A stretch of DNA of 64,000 nucleotides from an uncultured bacterium (GTDB taxonomy: Bacteria > Chlamydiota > Chlamydiia > Chlamydiales > FEN-1388): assembly GCA_964409235.1 (NCBI GenBank), contig CAYPCN010000004.1:7805-71804 (forward strand). Direction: 5' to 3'. The notes under the pieces are model-generated. The model did no database searches. It saw only the letters and a list, made by a program, of their open reading frames with translations, and was not told the origin of the DNA. Position 1 is the first letter of the stretch, and the number at the start of each line of letters is the position of its first letter. This document shows positions 33,551-43,003 of the stretch, piece by piece. The position numbers and the translations under genes were made by a program.

Positions 33551-33586
33551 AGCACTATACTCGTGTTGCGTATAGTGCTTTTTTTG
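33551..33586 (+). terminator. Rho-independent terminator
   Basis: AGCACTATAC (33551-33560) pairs with GTATAGTGCT (33570-33579) around a 9-nt loop, followed by T7. Confidence 0.75.
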
Positions 33587-33593
33587 GTATACT
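33566..33593 (+). promoter_or_regulatory. candidate sigma-70-type promoter for rnz (extended -10)
   Basis: TTGCGT (33566-33571), a 16-nt spacer, then TGGTATACT (33585-33593). It lies about 40 nt upstream of the rnz start. Confidence 0.3.
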
Positions 33594-33634
33594 GACTTGC
33601 ACTTTCCACATCCCCTACCACTGGAGCGTTTCAA

Positions 33635-34561
33635 TTGAGCGTTAAGGATCTCGTAGTTCTCGGTACCTCAAGCCAACAACCGACACGCCGCCGCAACCAT
33701 GGTGCCTACCTCTTTCGCTGGAATAATGAAGGCCTGCTCTTTGACCCCGGGGAGGGCACACAGCGACAGTTTATCTTTGCTGATGTAGCACCACCAGTCG
33801 TCACGCGAATGTTCATCTCTCATTTTCACGGCGACCACTGCCTTGGCGTAGGGTCAATGCTCATGCGACTCAACCTCGACAGAGTCCCTCACCCCATCCA
33901 TTGTTACTATCCTGCGAGTGGAAAGAAATATTTCGATCGGCTGCGCTATGGAACAGCGTACTACGAGACCATATCTGTGATCGAACATCCCATCGATCGC
34001 CCTGGCGGCATTGTCCACGATGACGGGCATTTTCGCATCGAAGCTCGTTTTTTAGATCATGGCATCGATAATATCGGCTGGCGAGTCACCGAACCCGATA
34101 GAATCCGCTTTGAAAAAGAAAAACTCAAAGCAGCAGGCATCGAAGGACCATTGGTCAAGACATTGGAACGCCAAGGATGGATCATGGTCGATGGACGGCG
34201 CGTGTCCCTTGAGGAGGTTGCCTACGTTCGCAAAGGTGATTCCATCGCGGTCATTATCGACACACGTCCGTGCCAAGAGGCTCTAGAACTTGCTCAGAAC
34301 GCTCGCATGGTCGTTTGCGAAAGCACATATCTGTCTGTAGATACAGAGCTTGCAGTATGTTACAAACATATGACAGCAGCAGAAGCGGCTCAGCTTGCCA
34401 AAGATGCGCAGGCCCACACGCTGATCCTCACGCATTTCTCTGCTCGATATCCAGAGAGCATTGCGTTTGAACAGGAAGCGCGCCCTATTTTTTCAAATAC
34501 CAAGGCAGCCAATGATCTCGATCGATTTAGCTTCCGAGATCACCGGGAACAAAGCAAATAG
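33635..34561 (+). CDS. rnz: ribonuclease Z (metallo-beta-lactamase fold)
   Basis: HFHGDHCLG (HxHxDH) motif with a [11 protein letters not shown]-terminus. TTG start. Confidence 0.85.
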   Translation: MSVKDLVVLGTSSQQPTRRRNHGAYLFRWNNEGLLFDPGEGTQRQFIFADVAPPVVTRMFISHFHGDHCLGVGSMLMRLNLDRVPHPIHCYYPASGKKYFDRLRYGTAYYETISVIEHPIDRPGGIVHDDGHFRIEARFLDHGIDNIGWRVTEPDRIRFEKEKLKAAGIEGPLVKTLERQGWIMVDGRRVSLEEVAYVRKGDSIAVIIDTRPCQEALELAQNARMVVCESTYLSVDTELAVCYKHMTAAEAAQLAKDAQAHTLILTHFSARYPESIAFEQEARPIFSNTKAANDLDRFSFRDHREQSK

Positions 34562-34599
34562 GTTCCTACACGGGTGTCTGAACACGCTCCAAGAAATCT

Positions 34600-35637
34600 C
34601 TATTGCGAAGCAAGCTTTGCTTCCAACGATTGTACGCGAGCGAAGAGCTCGCCTATCCGACGTAGATAGACAGCATTGCGATTGTATTCGGCAAGAGGCT
34701 GGACAGGAACTCCGCCATAATCTCCGGATTGCGGTAGCGATTTCGACACTCCAGAGCAAGCAGTAACGCGAACTCCCTTGCCAATATGAATATGACCATT
34801 GACAGCAACCTTGCCACCAAGCAATACGCCATCGCCAAGCTTAGAGGAGCCAGCGATGCCAACCTGCGCGACGATCAGGCAATGGCGACCAATCTCAACA
34901 TTGTGAGCAACCTGTACGAGGTTGTCGATTTTCGTCCCTTCCCCTATAGACGTCGATTGAAACCGCGCACGGTCAATGGTGGTGTTAGCACCTATTTCCA
35001 CATCATCGCCAACGACCACATTCCCAAGTTGGTCTAATTTCGTATGGCGACCCTCGTTGCTGGTCACATAGCCATAGCCACACGAGCCAATAACAGCACC
35101 AGGCTGAATGATAACGCGGTCTTTGAGGGTCGTTCGTTCGCGAAGAACAGTGTGGGGATGAAGGATGCAGTTGGAACCAATGCACGATTGCGGACCGATA
35201 TAGACAAACGATCCGACCATCGTCCCATTGCCGATCACCACTCCGGCATCAATGACAGCGTACGGACAGACGACGACATCTTCTCCCAAACAGGCTGTCG
35301 GATGGATAACCGCTGTCGGATGAACGCCAGCAAAGCCAGTCAAAGGCGTCTTTGTTCCACGAATGGCACAAAGTACCCCTTGGAATGCAGTACTAGGATC
35401 CTCGTGCAAGAGATAGTGTCGGGCAGGAGGGCGTTCCGTTGTCGGATGTACAATGATAGCGCCAGCCTTGCTATCGAGCATCTGCTGATGGTAGCGGCTA
35501 TTGCCGAAAAACGAAATATCAGCCGGCGTAGCTCGTTCGAGATCGGAGACGCCGGTGATGCGATACGAAGGATCTCCTTCTACCTTTGCGCCGATGATCG
35601 TGGCAAGTTCTTCAAGCGAAAAACACGACTCTTGCAT
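34600..35637 (-). CDS. lpxD: UDP-3-O-acylglucosamine N-acyltransferase
   Basis: N-terminal LpxD domain (LEELATIIGAKVEGDPSYRITGV), then a long left-handed beta-helix of hexapeptide repeats. Position downstream of bamA-skp. Confidence 0.9.
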   Translation of the reverse strand: MQESCFSLEELATIIGAKVEGDPSYRITGVSDLERATPADISFFGNSRYHQQMLDSKAGAIIVHPTTERPPARHYLLHEDPSTAFQGVLCAIRGTKTPLTGFAGVHPTAVIHPTACLGEDVVVCPYAVIDAGVVIGNGTMVGSFVYIGPQSCIGSNCILHPHTVLRERTTLKDRVIIQPGAVIGSCGYGYVTSNEGRHTKLDQLGNVVVGDDVEIGANTTIDRARFQSTSIGEGTKIDNLVQVAHNVEIGRHCLIVAQVGIAGSSKLGDGVLLGGKVAVNGHIHIGKGVRVTACSGVSKSLPQSGDYGGVPVQPLAEYNRNAVYLRRIGELFARVQSLEAKLASQ

Positions 35638-35659
35638 GGAGACCCTTCTTCAAGTGAAA

Positions 35660-36208
35660 TTACTTCTTCTCTGCGTTCTCAGCCATCACATGCATCTCAT
35701 CAAGTTTCTTGATAATATCTGCTGAGATATCAAGTTTGTCGGCCTTATAAAAACATGACTCATCGTTAATAATAAGGTCCAATCCTTTTTCTTTGGCAAT
35801 CGCCTTTGATGCGTCTGAGATCATGTCAAAGAGCTTTTGGACGACCTGCATATTCGCCTGATTCAACGTCTGGTAGTAGCGGTTTTGTTCCTGAGTCAGC
35901 TCTTGGCTCAAGGTCTTGAATTTCTCCTTCAGATCGGCTTCAGCTTCCGGCGTCAGGGAATCGAGGTACTCATCACTAAATTTTGGCGCCAGATCATTAA
36001 GTTCCTTTTCCTTCTTCTCCATACTCTGTTCCATCTGCTTGCGAAGCTGATCAAAATGGGCCTGCTCTTCCTTCCCAATCTTTGATTTTTCCAGGACAGT
36101 CTTAAAGCTCACCGTCCCAACATGCGGAGGCGCTATTGGTTCTGCCGCCAGAGAAGGTGCCGCAGCACAGGTCATCAAGAATAAAACTGTTGCCATCCAT
36201 TTTTTCAT
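35660..36208 (-). CDS. skp: OmpH/Skp-family periplasmic chaperone
   Basis: Signal peptide MKKWMATVLFLMTCAAAPSLAA, then a K/E/Q-rich helical body of ~180 aa, lying between bamA and lpxD. The ATG at 36208 is preferred over the TTG at 36217. Confidence 0.8.
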   Translation of the reverse strand: MKKWMATVLFLMTCAAAPSLAAEPIAPPHVGTVSFKTVLEKSKIGKEEQAHFDQLRKQMEQSMEKKEKELNDLAPKFSDEYLDSLTPEAEADLKEKFKTLSQELTQEQNRYYQTLNQANMQVVQKLFDMISDASKAIAKEKGLDLIINDESCFYKADKLDISADIIKKLDEMHVMAENAEKK

Positions 36209-36346
36209 ATCGCACAAACTCCCTTACTGTGTGAACCCGTGCCTTAAGGCCCGGGAAAGCCCAATTAAGAGGGGGCTGAAACCCCTTCCAACCATTGTTT
36301 TGAAAAACCCCTTCCTTAAGGAGAGGGTCTCCTCGAAGAGGATGTC

Positions 36347-36369
36347 GCGCCATGTCGCACATGGCCCGC
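36347..36369. repeat. PIE-type collapsed palindrome between bamA and skp
   Basis: GCGCCATGTCGCACATGGCCCGC, with perfect 7-bp arms GCCATGT/ACATGGC. It abuts the bamA stop codon. Confidence 0.6.
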
Positions 36370-38739
36370 TTAAAAACCGACTCCAATGGAAAAGAAGAAA
36401 TGACGAACATCCCTCTTATTCTCTGGATGGATAGGAAACCCTAGCCCAAACGTCAACGGCGTTGTATCGGAAATATAAAAACGCAAACCAACACCAGCAG
36501 TCGCTTGAAGGCGGCCAAGACGAAACTCCTGCCACCATACATTGCCAATGTCTGTAAACACAAAACCATTCAGCCGTTTCCAAAGAGGATGTTCATATTC
36601 TCCAGAAAAGAGCAATGACGTCATCCCTCCGCGCGGGGTTCTCTCGCGATCATGGAATTTTGGGCCAACCATATTGTATTTGAACCCTCGCATCGTCGCA
36701 TCACCACCTAGGTAGAGACGCTCATCAAGCGGCAGCTTCCGAGGCTTTGTCCCAAAAACGGTTTTGATCGCCTGAGCATCACCTCTAAATTTCAGCACCC
36801 CAGTTCCAAATGGGGAGTAAAAACAGGAGTTCAGGTACGCAAGTTTCAAAAAGCGGTGGTCGCCGCCAAGGCCTCCATACTCCGCAGATAGTTCTGAGCG
36901 AACCCCTTCTTTGGGAAGCACAGGATGGTTCGTAGAGTCATAATAGAGCGCTACGCCGACAGCTGAGATCGTGCCCCCATTTTTTGACTCGCGAACCAGC
37001 TGACGGTTTCTTCGTGTATGGTAAATGTTTTTGAGGTCAATGTCTGAGTCTTTAATGCGGTAATGCGTGCCAAATTTCAAGAATGGATTGATCTCGTATT
37101 TGCCGAAAAGACTTGCTTGATCCGATTTGATCGTATAGTCGCTCGACGCATACGAATTGCGAAGCTTTTCTAGATCGACACCGACCACCCAATTCGTATC
37201 GAGGAAGTACGGCTTCGTCCATGACGCTTTGTACGACAGCTGTTTGGTACCAACCGTCACACTGGCAGAGACGCTTTCGCCACCACCACGAACAGCTCGA
37301 TACCCATCGGAAAACATCCTAGGAAGACCGAGCAATCGAAAATTCGACTCTGAAATCCCCAATCCGCCAGACACCCCTTCATCAGAACTCCAGCCAGCAA
37401 ATGCCATAAAGCGCGCTGTCGTTCCTATCTCTTCAACTTCGATATGCACATCTCGGAACGGCGTCGCCCCCTCTCCCCCATCAAGACGGCTCGATTTGAC
37501 CGCATAGACGTTCACAGTTTTGAAATACCCGATGTTGCGCAATCGCTCTTCGGTCTTGGCAAGGAGGTTAGAGTCAAAGACAGCTCCAGGGACCAGCAGA
37601 GTCTCGTGAAGGATCACGCGCGGCTCCGTGATCGTGTTGCCGATGATCTCGATCATTCCCACACGAAAACATCGGCCCTCTTCCACGCGGAAATTCACAT
37701 CGTAGACCAGCGCATCATCGCGAAGCTTCGGCTCGGGAACAATAGACGCGTCAATATATCCCTTCGAACCATACATGTTGTATATGGCCTTCCCCGCACG
37801 ACGTATCTCATCGGGAGAATAGACTTGGCCCGGGGTAAGCTCGGCTTTTTTCAACAGAGCTTCTTGCGTATAGAGAACATTGCCGGAAGTCGTACAATTT
37901 CCCAACCGATAGACGTTCCCCTTCTCAACTGCGATGTCAATAACAATGCGGTCTTTCGAACGCTCAGACGGAATAATCGACGTTGCCACCTTAGCATCCA
38001 AATACCCCTTATTTTGGAAGTATCTGAGCATTGTCATCTCATCTTGGCGGAAGACATCTTTATAAAAGGTACCCTGGTTCGTCAACCACGACAGCCATAG
38101 AGAGTATTCTTTGGTCATGAGCGAATCGCAGATCTCGTCGCTCTCTTCGGAGGTGCAGCCAGAGAACCGGATTTCCTCGACATATCCAGCGCGGCCTTCC
38201 TTGATAACAATATCAATGTCAACAGTGTTTGGCTCTGGACGAGGGGCGACGACAAAATCAATTTCGGACTCAAAAAAGCCCTTTTTCACGTAGAACTGGC
38301 GCAGTTTTTGCATCGCCTTTGAAAACCCTTGTCGATCATAGACCGAGCCAGTGGCAATTCCGAGCTCTTTTGCGAGTGTGTCCGTTTCGACTGCTGCATT
38401 GCCCTGCCATCGTATCGCATGGATCAATGGCTTTTTCCACACCTTAAGAACAATGGTTACCTCACCATCGCTCACCATCACTGTCGGCTCAACCCGATCA
38501 AACTCCTTAGCAATCTGCTTTAAATCCTTATCAAAGGTACTCTGAGAAAAACGTTCTTGTTCTTTTGTCTGTAGCGTCGAAAGCACGGATTCTTCGCTTC
38601 CAGCTGGCTCACCGACGATCTCTAAAGAAAAACTTTTAATAGGAAGCGCCTCTGGACTACCAATAACAGCTCCCCATGCGAATGAAACCGCACATGCGAA
38701 TACGACACAGCACAGACGTCTCCAAAATCCACTCTTCAT
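36370..38739 (-). CDS. bamA: outer membrane protein assembly factor BamA (Omp85)
   Basis: Signal peptide from MKSGFWRRLCCVVFACAVSFAWG (ATG 38739), POTRA-like repeats, and a C-terminal barrel ending ...HFFFSIGVGF. The track ORF extends 47 codons further upstream without a signal sequence. Confidence 0.9.
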   Translation of the reverse strand: MKSGFWRRLCCVVFACAVSFAWGAVIGSPEALPIKSFSLEIVGEPAGSEESVLSTLQTKEQERFSQSTFDKDLKQIAKEFDRVEPTVMVSDGEVTIVLKVWKKPLIHAIRWQGNAAVETDTLAKELGIATGSVYDRQGFSKAMQKLRQFYVKKGFFESEIDFVVAPRPEPNTVDIDIVIKEGRAGYVEEIRFSGCTSEESDEICDSLMTKEYSLWLSWLTNQGTFYKDVFRQDEMTMLRYFQNKGYLDAKVATSIIPSERSKDRIVIDIAVEKGNVYRLGNCTTSGNVLYTQEALLKKAELTPGQVYSPDEIRRAGKAIYNMYGSKGYIDASIVPEPKLRDDALVYDVNFRVEEGRCFRVGMIEIIGNTITEPRVILHETLLVPGAVFDSNLLAKTEERLRNIGYFKTVNVYAVKSSRLDGGEGATPFRDVHIEVEEIGTTARFMAFAGWSSDEGVSGGLGISESNFRLLGLPRMFSDGYRAVRGGGESVSASVTVGTKQLSYKASWTKPYFLDTNWVVGVDLEKLRNSYASSDYTIKSDQASLFGKYEINPFLKFGTHYRIKDSDIDLKNIYHTRRNRQLVRESKNGGTISAVGVALYYDSTNHPVLPKEGVRSELSAEYGGLGGDHRFLKLAYLNSCFYSPFGTGVLKFRGDAQAIKTVFGTKPRKLPLDERLYLGGDATMRGFKYNMVGPKFHDRERTPRGGMTSLLFSGEYEHPLWKRLNGFVFTDIGNVWWQEFRLGRLQATAGVGLRFYISDTTPLTFGLGFPIHPENKRDVRHFFFSIGVGF

Positions 38740-38740
38740 T

Positions 38741-38757
38741 GCTATCCTCGAAAAAGC
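38741..38757 (+). repeat. PIE box fragment (GCTATCCTCGAAAAAGC) in the bamA/kdsB divergent region
   Basis: Matches the CTATCCTC[C/G]AAAAG[G/C]C part of the consensus. A second direct copy lies at 38925-38943. Confidence 0.5.
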
Positions 38758-38924
38758 TAAGGTAAGAAAGAAAAGCGTACGACGGCTAAGGGGAATACTG
38801 CAAGATGTCATTTTATTCTTCGTTCCTGTATTCTTTGAGACAATAGAGCACGGCTTTTCAGAAGCAATAACGAACCTCATATTCCTGGCAATATGGGCAA
38901 AGGCGAGATTGGCACAAAGATTGG

Positions 38925-38943
38925 TCTCTATCCTCGAAAAGCC
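38925..38943 (+). repeat. PIE box fragment (TCTCTATCCTCGAAAAGCC), 39 nt upstream of the kdsB ATG
   Basis: Positions 1-10 are identical to ACTCTATCCTCC... at 17481-17492, and the AAAAG follows. Confidence 0.5.
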
Positions 38944-38981
38944 GTCGTATACCTAGCTCTGATAATGGGGGCGTTCGCTAC

Positions 38982-39749
38982 ATGGTCTTTAGGCCAGTAA
39001 TTGTTGTCATTCCTGCCCGCTACAGCAGCACACGATTCCCTGGAAAGCCTCTCGTTATGATCAATGGGGTATCGCTGCTAGAGCGAACCTACCGTCGTGT
39101 CATGCGTTGCCAGCTCATCAATCATTGCGTGATCGCAACAGATGATGAACGCATCATGCAAGCGGCCCATGCGTTTGATGCTGATGTCGTGATGACGTCG
39201 GCGTCTTGCTTCACAGGTACCGACCGCGTGGCAGAAGCCGTGAGACTACGAGACGATCTGAAGAACGCGGAGATGATTGTAAACGTCCAAGGGGATGAAC
39301 CCTGCATAGAGCCGGATACCATTGCCAAAGTGGTAGAAGTCTTGCGATCCTCCCCTCTCGACAGCATGGGAACAGCTATTGCTCCAATACGATCTAAAGA
39401 AGAACTCGTGAATACCAATATTGTGAAATGCGTCAAAACAGCCACGGGGAAAGCACTTTATTTTAGCCGCCATGCCATTCCTGGTTCGAAACAGGGAATT
39501 CAAGTGGACTCTCTCCCCTATTTCCGGCATGTTGGCATTTATGCCTATAGGCCGGAGTTTCTCCTGCGGTTTTCTGCGCTTCCGCCAACGCCGCTTCAAC
39601 AGGCCGAAGATCTCGAAATGCTGCGGGCCATGGAGCATGGTTTTTCGATCGCCGTGGCACAAGTTTCTCATCATAGTCCAGATGTCAATGTACCATCTGA
39701 TATTCAGGAGGTAGAACAGTGGATACAGAGCCAGCCTTTATCTTCGTAA
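38982..39749 (+). CDS. kdsB: 3-deoxy-manno-octulosonate cytidylyltransferase (CMP-KDO synthetase)
   Basis: VVIPARYSSTRFPGKPL N-terminus and NVQGDEP block. Overlaps pyrG. Confidence 0.9.
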   Translation: MVFRPVIVVIPARYSSTRFPGKPLVMINGVSLLERTYRRVMRCQLINHCVIATDDERIMQAAHAFDADVVMTSASCFTGTDRVAEAVRLRDDLKNAEMIVNVQGDEPCIEPDTIAKVVEVLRSSPLDSMGTAIAPIRSKEELVNTNIVKCVKTATGKALYFSRHAIPGSKQGIQVDSLPYFRHVGIYAYRPEFLLRFSALPPTPLQQAEDLEMLRAMEHGFSIAVAQVSHHSPDVNVPSDIQEVEQWIQSQPLSS

Positions 39750-41344
39750 CAGGTGGTGTCATCTCATCACTCGGCAAAGGGATCACCGCTTCTGCCATTG
39801 GCCTATTGCTCGAGCGCCAGGGCTATTCCGTCGCCATGATGAAGCTTGACCCCTACCTCAATATTGACCCCGGTACGATGAGTCCATTTCAGCATGGAGA
39901 GGTGTATGTTACCGACGATGGTGCAGAGGCCGACCTCGACCTAGGACACTACTCGCGCTTTACCCGTTCTCCATTGAGTAAAATCTCTACAGTCACCTCA
40001 GGGCAGATCTACGAAGAAGTACTCAAAAAGGAACGACGAGGCGATTTTCTGGGATCGACGGTACAGGTGATCCCTCATGTCACCGAGGAGATTAAGCGCC
40101 GGCTTTGTATTTGCGCCAGCCAGCTCCGTGGTTTTGGATTTGTCATTGCAGAGATTGGCGGCACCGTGGGCGACATCGAGTCACAGCCATTTCTTGAAGC
40201 GATCCGACAGTTTCGGTACGAAAAGAAGCGATCGTGCTTGAACGTTCATGTCACATATGTCCCTTTTATCAAAGCTGCTGGCGAATTGAAGACAAAGCCT
40301 ACGCAGCATTCGGTGCAAGCGCTGCGCCAGATTGGCATCTTCCCCGATCTCATCCTTTGCCGCTCGGAAAGCTCGGTGGGACCCGAAGAGCGGGCGAAGA
40401 TCAGCCTGTTCTGCAATGTCCCCAACCGCTCGGTCTTCGACCTGCCCGACGTCGATTTGATCTATGACGTTCCCGTCGTCCTTCATAACCAAAATATTGA
40501 AGGCGTCATCCTTCAGCACGTTGGTCTCAAAGAAAAGCCCATTGACCTCAGCGATTGGCAATATAGCAGTCGCCCCTGCGTTTCTGACCCCTCTGTCGTG
40601 AGAATCGGCGTCGTCGGGAAGTACGTCAAACACCAAGACGCCTACAAATCTTTGTATGAATCTCTGTACCATGCTTCTTGTAAAGTTGGCTGCAAGCTCA
40701 AAATTGAAAAGCTTGACCCTGAAAAAATTGAGAATGAATTCCCCCATTCGTTCACAAATCTCGATGGCTACCTCGTGCCTGGCGGATTTGGCATGAGGGG
40801 CTGGGAAGGGAAAATTGCCACGGCCACCTACTGTCGAACAGAAAAAATCCCCTATTTTGGCATCTGCCTTGGCATGCAGGTGCTGACTGTAGAGTTTGCG
40901 CGAAAAGTCCTTGGCCTCCACAATGCTGATTCCACGGAAGTCAATGCGCAGACACCCCACCCTGTCGTCTCGCTTCTCTCGGAGCAAGAACATGTCACAC
41001 ATCTTGGTGGGACGATGCGCCTTGGGGCGTATCCTTGCCTTCTTCACGAAGGCTCTCTTGCATTCCAAGCCTATGGCACAGCAAAAATCAGCGAACGACA
41101 TCGCCACCGATACGAGTTTAACTCGCAGTATCGCGCCCATTTCCTTCAAAATGGGGCGCTCATCTCTGGGACAAGCCCAGACGGCTCGTTATGCGAAGTA
41201 ATTGAAGTGGTGAACCACCCTTGGATGCTCGGCGCCCAATTCCATCCTGAATTTAAATCAACGCCCACAGATCCCCATCCTCTGTTCGTCGCTTTTCTCA
41301 AGGCCTCTCTCGACCATGCGCAAGCAAAGAGAGGGCGTGCATGA
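39719..41344 (+). CDS. pyrG: CTP synthase
   Basis: IFVTGGVISSLGKG, DPYLNIDPGTMSP and GICLGMQ (glutaminase Cys), with a HRHRYEFN block. GTG start overlaps kdsB by 31 nt. Confidence 0.95.
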   Translation: MDTEPAFIFVTGGVISSLGKGITASAIGLLLERQGYSVAMMKLDPYLNIDPGTMSPFQHGEVYVTDDGAEADLDLGHYSRFTRSPLSKISTVTSGQIYEEVLKKERRGDFLGSTVQVIPHVTEEIKRRLCICASQLRGFGFVIAEIGGTVGDIESQPFLEAIRQFRYEKKRSCLNVHVTYVPFIKAAGELKTKPTQHSVQALRQIGIFPDLILCRSESSVGPEERAKISLFCNVPNRSVFDLPDVDLIYDVPVVLHNQNIEGVILQHVGLKEKPIDLSDWQYSSRPCVSDPSVVRIGVVGKYVKHQDAYKSLYESLYHASCKVGCKLKIEKLDPEKIENEFPHSFTNLDGYLVPGGFGMRGWEGKIATATYCRTEKIPYFGICLGMQVLTVEFARKVLGLHNADSTEVNAQTPHPVVSLLSEQEHVTHLGGTMRLGAYPCLLHEGSLAFQAYGTAKISERHRHRYEFNSQYRAHFLQNGALISGTSPDGSLCEVIEVVNHPWMLGAQFHPEFKSTPTDPHPLFVAFLKASLDHAQAKRGRA

Positions 41345-41778
41345 AAGGACGGCTCCTAGGAGTAGATTTTGGCCATGCACGCATTGGCCTGGCTGTGTCC
41401 GACCCCCTCCATCTCATTGCCAGCCCTCTTGCGACAATTCGTGGGTCGAAAAATCCCGTGACTGCAGCGACCAATGTCGCCGCAGAGGTTCGCAAGCTCA
41501 AGATGGACATCGACCAGATCATCGTCGGGCTGCCGCTCCACATGAACGGTTCTGAATCTGAGCGGTCAGCAGAAGTGCGCTCGTTCGCCTGTGCACTCGA
41601 AGAGCAAACAGGCATTAGCGTACAATTATTCGACGAACGACTCACCTCTGTCCAAGCAGAACGGCTCATGAAACACGCTCTGATGACGCGAAGAGAACGC
41701 TCTTCATCTATTGATGGCGTTTCTAGTACAATTCTTCTTCAATCATTTCTTGACCTTCAAGGGACAATGCGATCGTGA
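41341..41778 (+). CDS. ruvX: YqgF/RuvX putative pre-16S rRNA nuclease (Holliday junction resolvase-like)
   Basis: LGVDFGHARIGLAVSD N-terminus, 145 aa. ATGA overlap with pyrG. Confidence 0.85.
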   Translation: MKGRLLGVDFGHARIGLAVSDPLHLIASPLATIRGSKNPVTAATNVAAEVRKLKMDIDQIIVGLPLHMNGSESERSAEVRSFACALEEQTGISVQLFDERLTSVQAERLMKHALMTRRERSSSIDGVSSTILLQSFLDLQGTMRS

Positions 41779-42989
41779 CAGCGCCGGTATTCATTCACAT
41801 CCTCAGCTTAGACACAGTAGGGGGCGTAGAATCTCTGTATGTGCATTTTGTCACAGAAGCTTTGGCGCAAGGGAGATCTACCCATTATACTTCAGTCTGT
41901 GGGAAGCCTCCGCATACGAAATTTTCCTCCCACTTTGGGGCGCTCGGCTACAAGGCATTCCTCGAAGAGCACATCATGGGCTTGCGATTGCCCCGCCTGC
42001 TTCGAACTCTTGTTCATCTGCGTCGAGCCATGGTCCATGAGATTGTCAAACCCTCTCTGTGGATCTATTGGAACCGCATTGAAGAGCATTCTCCACCAGG
42101 AATGGCAGCCTATTACGAACATGGCGCCGCTTGGAATGTGCCTGTTTCAAAGAAGAGGATGAAATTCCTTTCTCGTTGTTCGCATATGATGGCAAATTCC
42201 AATGCCGCCGCCGTCATCCTAAAAGAAAAGTGGGATGTCCACACGCCGATCACCGTTGTGGCCAACCCTCTGCGCCCTGATATCAGCATCCGCGAAACGC
42301 CACGAGCGTTGACTTCGCACCGCCCTCTCCGCTTAGGGTTCATAGGCCGCCTTGTCCCTGTCAAAGGGCTCCTGGTGGCGCTTCACGCGCTGAAACTTCT
42401 CCTTGCCCGCGGTATTGACGCCACTCTTTCCATCGCCGGTGTCGGCCCGATGAAAGAGATTGGACGGCGGCGCTCGCATGAACTCGGCATTGAACCCTCT
42501 GTCCACTGGATGGGATGCCTAGATCGCGTGACCGACTTCTACGATGGGATTGACATCCTTCTAACGCCATCCATTCGAGAGCCATTGGGATTGGTGTCCT
42601 TAGAAGCCGCAGCACGAGGTGTCCCTGTCATTGCTGCTGCTGTCGATGGTCTACCCGAGGCGGTCCTCAATGAGAAGACGGGAATATGTGTCGCACCAAC
42701 GCTGAGCATCTATGAGGCTAAAAACCTCCTCATTAGCCACAAGGAGCTCCCAGATTGTGTGGTCGATATGAAAACCCGAACTCTGGTGTCGCCGAAGGTC
42801 GTAGACCCGCAGCATTGTGTTGAAGCGATAGAACAGCTGCTATTAGACTCGAAGAAGTATGCTCAGTTCAGTGCCAATGCTCTATGCCACGCGCGAGAAC
42901 GCGCCGACTTCCCTTTGTACTTCAACACATTGCACGACATTTTAACAGCTAATGGGGATGCGCTCTCCCCGCCTTCTGATTCACTATAA
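41775..42989 (+). CDS. GT-B glycosyltransferase (family 4-like)
   Basis: C-terminal EPLGLVSLEAAARGVPVIA...GLPE motif of retaining GT4 enzymes. GTG start overlaps ruvX by 4 nt. Confidence 0.8.
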   Translation: MTAPVFIHILSLDTVGGVESLYVHFVTEALAQGRSTHYTSVCGKPPHTKFSSHFGALGYKAFLEEHIMGLRLPRLLRTLVHLRRAMVHEIVKPSLWIYWNRIEEHSPPGMAAYYEHGAAWNVPVSKKRMKFLSRCSHMMANSNAAAVILKEKWDVHTPITVVANPLRPDISIRETPRALTSHRPLRLGFIGRLVPVKGLLVALHALKLLLARGIDATLSIAGVGPMKEIGRRRSHELGIEPSVHWMGCLDRVTDFYDGIDILLTPSIREPLGLVSLEAAARGVPVIAAAVDGLPEAVLNEKTGICVAPTLSIYEAKNLLISHKELPDCVVDMKTRTLVSPKVVDPQHCVEAIEQLLLDSKKYAQFSANALCHARERADFPLYFNTLHDILTANGDALSPPSDSL

Positions 42990-43003
42990 AAGGAGTTCCG
43001 GGC

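Noticed and set aside
38740-38880. 47-codon N-terminal extension of bamA in the ORF track
   Set aside because: A typical signal peptide begins at Met48 (38739). The extension lacks one and runs into the divergent promoter region.
40181-41149. 322-aa ORF on the minus strand
   Set aside because: It is entirely antisense to pyrG, whose identity is unambiguous. It has the R/A/F-rich composition typical of antisense frames and no motif.
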